This document shows, one piece after another, positions 1-4,866 of a DNA stretch of 8,290 nt. Within the stretch, counting starts at the first letter, position 1. Every line of letters starts with the position of its first letter. Origin of the DNA: an uncultured archaeon (GTDB lineage Archaea > Iainarchaeota > Iainarchaeia > Iainarchaeales > 0-14-0-20-30-16); NCBI GenBank assembly GCA_964565125.1, contig CAZMCX010000016.1, positions 3,196 to 11,485 on the forward strand, read 5' to 3'. A model generated the notes under the pieces. It had not been told where the DNA came from, ran no database searches, and worked only from the letters and a program-made list of their open reading frames with translations. Both the position numbers and the translations under genes were made by a program.

Positions 1-53
1 TATCAGTAGAGGCTCTGGACCTCTAAACCTGGGTTCAAATCCCGGCGGGGCTA
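1..53 (+). tRNA. tRNA-Gln (anticodon CUG), 3' portion; the 5' part lies upstream of the window
   Basis: Anticodon arm: stem AGAGG (8-12) / CCTCT (20-24), 7-nt loop CTCTGGA with T33 and anticodon CTG (15-17). T arm: CTGGG (29-33) / CCCGG (41-45) around the canonical loop TTCAAAT. The 7-nt acceptor 3' strand CGGGGCT (46-52) is followed by discriminator A53. CCA is not encoded in register. Confidence 0.75.
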
Positions 54-58
54 TCACC

Positions 59-77
59 AGGCTTTTACAAAAAGCCT
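59..77 (+). other. Perfect stem-loop 6 nt after the tRNA end (AGGCTTTT / ACA / AAAAGCCT). It contains a T4 run and may act in tRNA 3' processing or termination.
   Basis: 8 consecutive Watson-Crick pairs (59-66 with 70-77) and a 3-nt loop, read directly from the sequence. The function is inferred. Confidence 0.45.
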
Positions 78-92
78 AGGTTTGCCAAAAGT

Positions 93-119
93 GTATGTTG
101 AGCTGATGCTCAAGCATAC
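93..119 (+). other. Stem-loop (GTATGTTGAGC / TGAT / GCTCAAGCATAC)
   Basis: 11 base pairs with one bulged G (114) and a 4-nt loop (104-107), read directly. Function unknown. Confidence 0.4.
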
Positions 120-136
120 TTAATATTTGACATTTA

Positions 137-160
137 TTGTCTTGAGTTAGAACAAGACAA
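137..160 (+). other. Stem-loop (TTGTCTTG / AGTTAGAA / CAAGACAA)
   Basis: 8 perfect base pairs (137-144 with 153-160) and an 8-nt loop, read directly. Function unknown. Confidence 0.4.
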
Positions 161-215
161 AAAACAAGCGAAAAGGACGGATAAGCAAAACCAATGCAAG
201 TAAAAGGCAGGTTAA

Positions 216-223
216 TCTTATAA
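216..223 (+). promoter_or_regulatory. Candidate archaeal TATA box (TCTTATAA) for the rio1-top6A operon
   Basis: This AT-rich octamer lies 23 nt upstream of ATG 247. The clearer deaminase promoter in this window has nearly the same spacing (21 nt). That geometry implies a leaderless transcript starting at or near 247. The match to the TTTAWATA consensus is weak. Confidence 0.3.
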
Positions 224-237
224 CCTTACAAAATGAT

Positions 238-990
238 GTGATAAATATGGATATTTCAAAGTTATTTGGGGAAAAGTTCAAAACCAGCCTAAATAATTTT
301 GAAAAAAATAGAAAGATCTATCACGAAGTCTTTGACAATCGACTTTACAACTCAATTTCTAAATTGTATTCTAAAAAAGTATTAGATACAATGGAGGGCC
401 TAATTTCAACAGGAAAAGAAGCAAATATTTTCTTGGCTCACAAAAACGATAAGAAGATTGTACTGAAAATATTCCGGAGAGAGACAACGTCTTTTTCTAA
501 ATTTTTAGAATATGTTGAAAGTGACCCCCGATTTCCAGTAATTAAAAAAAATAGAGCAATGATTTCTAATCTAATGGCACAAAAAGAATTTAGAAATTTA
601 AAATTGGCAGAAAGGTTTGGGTGTCTGGCCCCAAAATCAATCAAATTTATTGATAATATTGTAGTAATGGACTGCATTGGAGATCCGGAAGTAACATTAG
701 ATAAATTAAACAAGTCAGAAATTGAGGCAAATAAAGAAAAAATTTTTAAAGGTATTGAAGACAATATGAAAGCCCTAAAAAAAGGCAGACTTGTGCACGG
801 AGATTTGTCTGAGTATAATATTATATTCAGCAAAGATGTTTATTTTATAGATATGTCCCAGTCAACAACTTATGATAATCCACGGGCAAAAAAATTTTAT
901 TTAAAAGATTTACAAAACATAAAAAAGTTATTTGAAAGATATAAATACAACTCAGAATTCGTAGAAAAAGAGATAGAGGGACTAATATGA
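238..990 (+). CDS. rio1: RIO-type serine/threonine protein kinase, Rio1-like (no N-terminal wHTH)
   Basis: RIO signature motifs are present: P-loop-like STGKEANIF, Lys in VLKIFR, catalytic loop LVHGDLSEYNI and metal-binding FIDMSQS. The size (~247-250 aa) fits archaeal Rio1. The track start at 238 is GTG. The in-frame ATG at 247 is the more likely start (see promoter geometry). Confidence 0.88.
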   Translation: MINMDISKLFGEKFKTSLNNFEKNRKIYHEVFDNRLYNSISKLYSKKVLDTMEGLISTGKEANIFLAHKNDKKIVLKIFRRETTSFSKFLEYVESDPRFPVIKKNRAMISNLMAQKEFRNLKLAERFGCLAPKSIKFIDNIVVMDCIGDPEVTLDKLNKSEIEANKEKIFKGIEDNMKALKKGRLVHGDLSEYNIIFSKDVYFIDMSQSTTYDNPRAKKFYLKDLQNIKKLFERYKYNSEFVEKEIEGLI

Positions 991-1508
991 ATACTTACCT
1001 AAAAATACCTATGGACCGAGTTCCAATTCTAATTGGAAAAAAAGGAGAAACAAGAAAAAGATTAGAAGAAATTACGCTTGCAAAAATTGAAGTAGATAGC
1101 CAAACTGGGGATGTTAATCTAGAAAAAAAGGAAGCAAATCCATTAACTTTTTATAAACTAGAAAGTGTAATAAAAGCAATTGGAAGGGGTTTCTCTCCAG
1201 ACCATGCACTTTATTTATTAGATGATAATTATGTTCTGTGGTTAACAGACTTAACAGAATATGCAAAATCAGAAAAATCTAGGGAGACGAAGAGATCAAG
1301 AATCATAGGTACAAAAGGAGCAGTAAGGCAGTACATTGAAGATTCAACTTCTTGTTTTATTTCGGTGCAAGGAAAAACAGTTGCAATAATTGGAAAAGAA
1401 CCAACCTTGTCAATTGCAATCGATTCCGTCAGCCGGCTCTTACAAGGTTCTGAAATACAAGCAGTAAAAACATTTGTAAAAAAAGCGATATTAAAACAGA
1501 AGAGTTGA
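987..1508 (+). CDS. KH-domain RNA-binding protein, archaeal Dim2/Pno1-like (small-subunit ribosome biogenesis factor)
   Basis: There are two KH-like segments (VPILIGKKGETRKRLEE and RIIGTKGAVRQYIED, both with the IGxxG-type loop). The 173-aa size fits, and it sits directly downstream of rio1, a conserved archaeal pairing. Its ATG overlaps the rio1 stop (ATGA, 987-990). A GAGGG SD-like motif (976-980) lies 6 nt upstream. Confidence 0.7.
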   Translation: MNTYLKIPMDRVPILIGKKGETRKRLEEITLAKIEVDSQTGDVNLEKKEANPLTFYKLESVIKAIGRGFSPDHALYLLDDNYVLWLTDLTEYAKSEKSRETKRSRIIGTKGAVRQYIEDSTSCFISVQGKTVAIIGKEPTLSIAIDSVSRLLQGSEIQAVKTFVKKAILKQKS

Positions 1509-1512
1509 TATA

Positions 1513-4500
1513 ATGCCTAATGATAAATTTTCTGCAAGTTTTAAGGAAAGTTCTGTTGCCGAATTCTTTAAAAGAAACAGGCAAATGCTAGGTTTATACG
1601 GAAAAATTAGGTCTCTTACAACAGTAATTGCAGAATATGTTTGTAATTCATTAGATGCTTGTGAAGAAGCAGGCATACTCCCAGAAATTATAATAAAAAT
1701 ATCGCCTTTGGGCGAAGGGCACTATGAAGTCCATGTTATTGATAATGGCCCAGGAATTCCCAGAGACAAAATAGGTAAGGCTTTGGGTAAACTTTTAGCA
1801 GGAACTAAATTTCATAGACTAATACAATCACTAACTGCTGATGAATTAATGGTGTACAAACAAAATGATAAAATTCAACTAGAACCTATAGGAATATTCG
1901 TGGATAAATTTTTAGAATCGAATGAATACGAAAAAGATATTTCCAAATTAAATATTAGTGTTCCTTGTTTTGATCATATTAAATATCTATACACTTTCAG
2001 AAAAATTAAAGATGTTATAAGACATCCCAGAGAAAATGAGATTTATGAAATCAAGACAAAGTATAATAAAAAAATTAAAGTAACTGGATGTCACAGTGTA
2101 TTTTCTTTAGATAAAGGGGGTTTAATAAAAGAAACTGAAGCCAGAAACTTATCAAAAGGTGATTATGTTGCTTGCCCAAATAAACTTCCAGAAACAAAAA
2201 TAATACATAAAATTAATTGTTTAGATTACTTAGATGATAAAACTGTTGGAGAAAGATGGTTTTGCTATGGCATTGATAACAAAATAATTTCTAGTTTATT
2301 TAAAAAGGCAAAATTAACTAAAAAGAGAGACAAAACAGGCAGATTAAGAGAATATTTCCAACTCAAAGATAAAAACAAAACTGAATTATTAGTACTAAAA
2401 GAATCTATCCAATCTAATTATCTAAAAAACCATTTCTTGCCTGTTAATATAATACTAAGAATGGGTCTAAACAACAAAGTAAAAAACGGAACAATAAGAA
2501 GCTATATTCATGGAAATATTATAGATATACCTGTAGAATGGAATTTAACTCCAGAATTTGTCAGATTCTTAGGATTATATGTTGCAGAAGGCCATTCAGA
2601 CAAAAGACAAATAGGATTTACTTTTGGCAAACATGAACAGAAATATGTAACTGAAATTAAATCTTTTGCAAAATCAAAAGGCATACACACCACATTGGAA
2701 GAGAGAACTGCATCTTTAAGACTAAAAGTATTCGGGGGCATCATTTCTAATCTTATGAAAAATTGGTGCGGACATCTTGCTAAAAACAAAAAAATACCTG
2801 AATTTATTTTTTCTGTAGATTATAAATTAAGACAACATTTTTTGGATGCCCTATATCAGGGTGATGGGCACAACACAAAAAACAGAAATCAATTAATGTA
2901 TGTTACAGTAAGTGAAACGCTCGCACACCAATTGCAATATTTGTGGTTATTACAGGGTGTGATAACTGCTAAAAATGAAAAAATAAACAAAGGTATTGGA
3001 AAAACGCCATCAACAGCATATATTACCACAACTTATGGAAAAGATATAAATAAATCTAATGTCTTCTCCACAAATACGAAGTATAGAATACAGGAACACA
3101 AATTATTACCTATTCAAATACTTAATGAATTTAAACACAAAAAAGCAAGCCAAATTAATCCAACCATACACAGCATTTTTAGAGTTTTAAATTTAGGAGA
3201 TACAAAAATACAAATAAACAAATATATCACGATATTTGATAAATTATTTAAAGGTAAATCCATTACTAACATAAATAAACACAAATTTAAGCATTTATTA
3301 AATTTAGGATTCATTGACAACAATTATGAACCAACAAAACTGGTTGAATTATTAAAAAATAAATTACAAAAAATCAAAACAATAACTGAATCCAACCTAA
3401 GTTTACTAAGAATTATAGATATTAAAAAGATCACTACTGGTTTTAAGCAAGTTTATGACATTTCTGTTCCGGGGTATGAAAATTTTGTTGCAGGCAGTGG
3501 AGGAATTGCATGCCATAACACAAGAGGACAGCAAGGAATCGGAGCAAGTGGATGTATTCTATTAAGCCAAGTAACTACTGGAAAGCCTTCAAAGATAATC
3601 TCTGGAACTGGTGGCAAACCACTATATATGGAATTAGAAATAGATACTGCAAAAAACGAGCCAAAAATAAAGCTACAAAAAGAACTTGATTATGACTACA
3701 AAGGTATTGCAATAAAATCAGAATTCAAAGAAGTGAATTACCAAAACAGCAGCCAGAATGCTTTAGAATATCTTAAAAGAACTGCAATTGCAAACCCGCA
3801 TGCAACAATAAAATACACAGACCCTTTCAACAACACTTACATCTTTGAAAGGTCGAGTGGCTATATCCCTAAGACCCCAAAAGAAATAAAACCACATATA
3901 AAATGCATAACTGTGGATGGCCTAAAAACCCTTGCAAAAGATAATTCTAAAAAAACCATTGCTGGTTTATTCAAACAAGAATTTGACAGAGTTGGAGACA
4001 AGGTTATTAAAGACATAAATTCTCTTTTAGATTTCGATATTTCAAGAGTAACTATGGGCAAATCAACATGGGAAATGTTTGAAAAAGTTGTTAAAGCAAT
4101 TGATAAAACAAAAACTTTTGCCCCAAGGCTTGACACCTTGATCCCAATAGAAAAAAAATACTTAGAAGAATCACTAAGAAAAATCATAAAACCAGAATTC
4201 TTATCAGTTTTATCCAGAAAACCAACAGTATATCATGGTGGCTATCCAATACAAATAGAAGTTGCTATTGCTTATGGCGGAGATGCTGGCCAAGCCTTAG
4301 CAAACAACGAAAGAAAGTTAGAATTAATGCGTTTTGCCAATAGGGCGCCTTTGCTTTTTGACAACGGTGCCTGTGGAATCACAAAAGCAGTAAATTCAAT
4401 AGATTGGAAAAGGTATGGTTTAAGAGACATCGACAATCTTCCACTCACAATCCTAGTAAATCTCTCTTCTGTTCATATTCCATATATAAGCGCAGGAAAG

Positions 4501-4866
4501 CAAGCAATAGCGGAAGAGGAAGAAATTGTAGAAGAAATACGAAAAGCATTAATGACTGCAGCAAGATCTCTTGGTATACACCTATCCAAGAAAAAGCATT
4601 TAGAAACAAAAATGAAAAAAAGGGGAATATTTTTAAACTACGCCAAAGAAGTTGCTGAGGGTTTGCACCTACTAACCGACAGAAATAAAAAAGAGCTTAT
4701 AGACAAGCTAGAAGATATTATTACTAAGAAACTCCAAATAGAAGAGCAGAATGATAAAGAAAATCTTGAAGTTCCAGAAGAAAATCAGGAAGAAGTAGAA
4801 AAGGTTGGCAAGAAAAAAGATAAAATAACTGATTACTTCGAAGTGGATGGTGATCACGATGAGTGA
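1513..4866 (+). CDS. top6B: DNA topoisomerase VI subunit B (GHKL ATPase), intein-containing precursor (1117 aa; 553 aa after splicing)
   Basis: Bergerat-fold motifs: N box EYVCNSLDA, G1 box VIDNGPGIP and G2/ATP-lid TRGQQGIGASG. The last lies after the insert. The segment from 3520 onward is assigned as the H2TH and transducer region by family architecture (e.g. RFANRAPLLFD, VHIPYISAGKQAI); no motif was checked for H2TH. There is an acidic C-terminal tail. Confidence 0.92.
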   Translation: MPNDKFSASFKESSVAEFFKRNRQMLGLYGKIRSLTTVIAEYVCNSLDACEEAGILPEIIIKISPLGEGHYEVHVIDNGPGIPRDKIGKALGKLLAGTKFHRLIQSLTADELMVYKQNDKIQLEPIGIFVDKFLESNEYEKDISKLNISVPCFDHIKYLYTFRKIKDVIRHPRENEIYEIKTKYNKKIKVTGCHSVFSLDKGGLIKETEARNLSKGDYVACPNKLPETKIIHKINCLDYLDDKTVGERWFCYGIDNKIISSLFKKAKLTKKRDKTGRLREYFQLKDKNKTELLVLKESIQSNYLKNHFLPVNIILRMGLNNKVKNGTIRSYIHGNIIDIPVEWNLTPEFVRFLGLYVAEGHSDKRQIGFTFGKHEQKYVTEIKSFAKSKGIHTTLEERTASLRLKVFGGIISNLMKNWCGHLAKNKKIPEFIFSVDYKLRQHFLDALYQGDGHNTKNRNQLMYVTVSETLAHQLQYLWLLQGVITAKNEKINKGIGKTPSTAYITTTYGKDINKSNVFSTNTKYRIQEHKLLPIQILNEFKHKKASQINPTIHSIFRVLNLGDTKIQINKYITIFDKLFKGKSITNINKHKFKHLLNLGFIDNNYEPTKLVELLKNKLQKIKTITESNLSLLRIIDIKKITTGFKQVYDISVPGYENFVAGSGGIACHNTRGQQGIGASGCILLSQVTTGKPSKIISGTGGKPLYMELEIDTAKNEPKIKLQKELDYDYKGIAIKSEFKEVNYQNSSQNALEYLKRTAIANPHATIKYTDPFNNTYIFERSSGYIPKTPKEIKPHIKCITVDGLKTLAKDNSKKTIAGLFKQEFDRVGDKVIKDINSLLDFDISRVTMGKSTWEMFEKVVKAIDKTKTFAPRLDTLIPIEKKYLEESLRKIIKPEFLSVLSRKPTVYHGGYPIQIEVAIAYGGDAGQALANNERKLELMRFANRAPLLFDNGACGITKAVNSIDWKRYGLRDIDNLPLTILVNLSSVHIPYISAGKQAIAEEEEIVEEIRKALMTAARSLGIHLSKKKHLETKMKKRGIFLNYAKEVAEGLHLLTDRNKKELIDKLEDIITKKLQIEEQNDKENLEVPEENQEEVEKVGKKKDKITDYFEVDGDHDE
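1828..3519 (+). mobile_element. Intein (564 aa) with LAGLIDADG homing-endonuclease domain, inserted in Top6B between ...KFHRLIQ and TRGQQGIG...
   Basis: Block A is SLTADELMV (Ser1). Block B is KVTGCHSVF (TxxH). The LAGLIDADG motifs are FLGLYVAEGH (2566-2595) and FLDALYQGDGH (2839-2871). Blocks F/G are VYDISVPGYENFVAGSGGIACHN, ending in His-Asn and followed by Thr+1 (3520). Excision rejoins the conserved Top6B FHxxxQ-[S/T]RGQQGIG motif. Confidence 0.88.

Noticed and set aside
54-59. The TCACCA after the tRNA as a genomically encoded CCA end.
   Set aside because: The CCA (57-59) is 3 nt out of register with the discriminator base (A53) defined by the T-arm and acceptor geometry. It is likely coincidental, so the tRNA is called without encoded CCA.
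165-211. The imperfect direct repeat CAAGCGAAAAGGACGG / CAAGTAAAAGGCAGG as a transcription-factor binding-site pair.
   Set aside because: There are only two copies, they need an indel to align, and they sit in a low-complexity A/G-rich tract where such matches arise easily. I kept this as a note within the spacer finding rather than as a feature.
100-245. Possible C/D-box sRNA elements in the 5' spacer: CTGATGC at 103-109 and ATGATGTGA at 233-241.
   Set aside because: Neither matches the RUGAUGA C-box fully. No properly spaced C/D'/C'/D set with terminal pairing could be assembled. The second motif overlaps the rio1 start region.
438-833. A 131-aa minus-strand ORF antisense to rio1. The other antisense or alternate-frame ORFs in the track are similar: 1491-1676, 2508-2789, 3114-3323, 3861-4187, 4404-4658, 4708-4896, 4724-5026, 6862-7104, 7101-7304 and 7667-7861.
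   Set aside because: All lie fully inside confidently identified genes on the other strand or frame. Their translations are low-complexity (Leu/Ile/Phe/Ser-rich) with no recognisable motifs. They lack plausible promoter or SD context. They are best explained as shadow ORFs of strongly codon-biased genes.
4730-4863. The acidic, Lys/Glu-rich C-terminal tail of Top6B (EEQNDKENLEVPEENQEEVEKVGKKKDKITDYFEVDGDHDE), considered as a distinct functional module.
   Set aside because: It is a low-complexity charged tail with no recognisable motif. Such variable tails are common at Top6B C-termini. Part of it is constrained only by overlap with the top6A start region.
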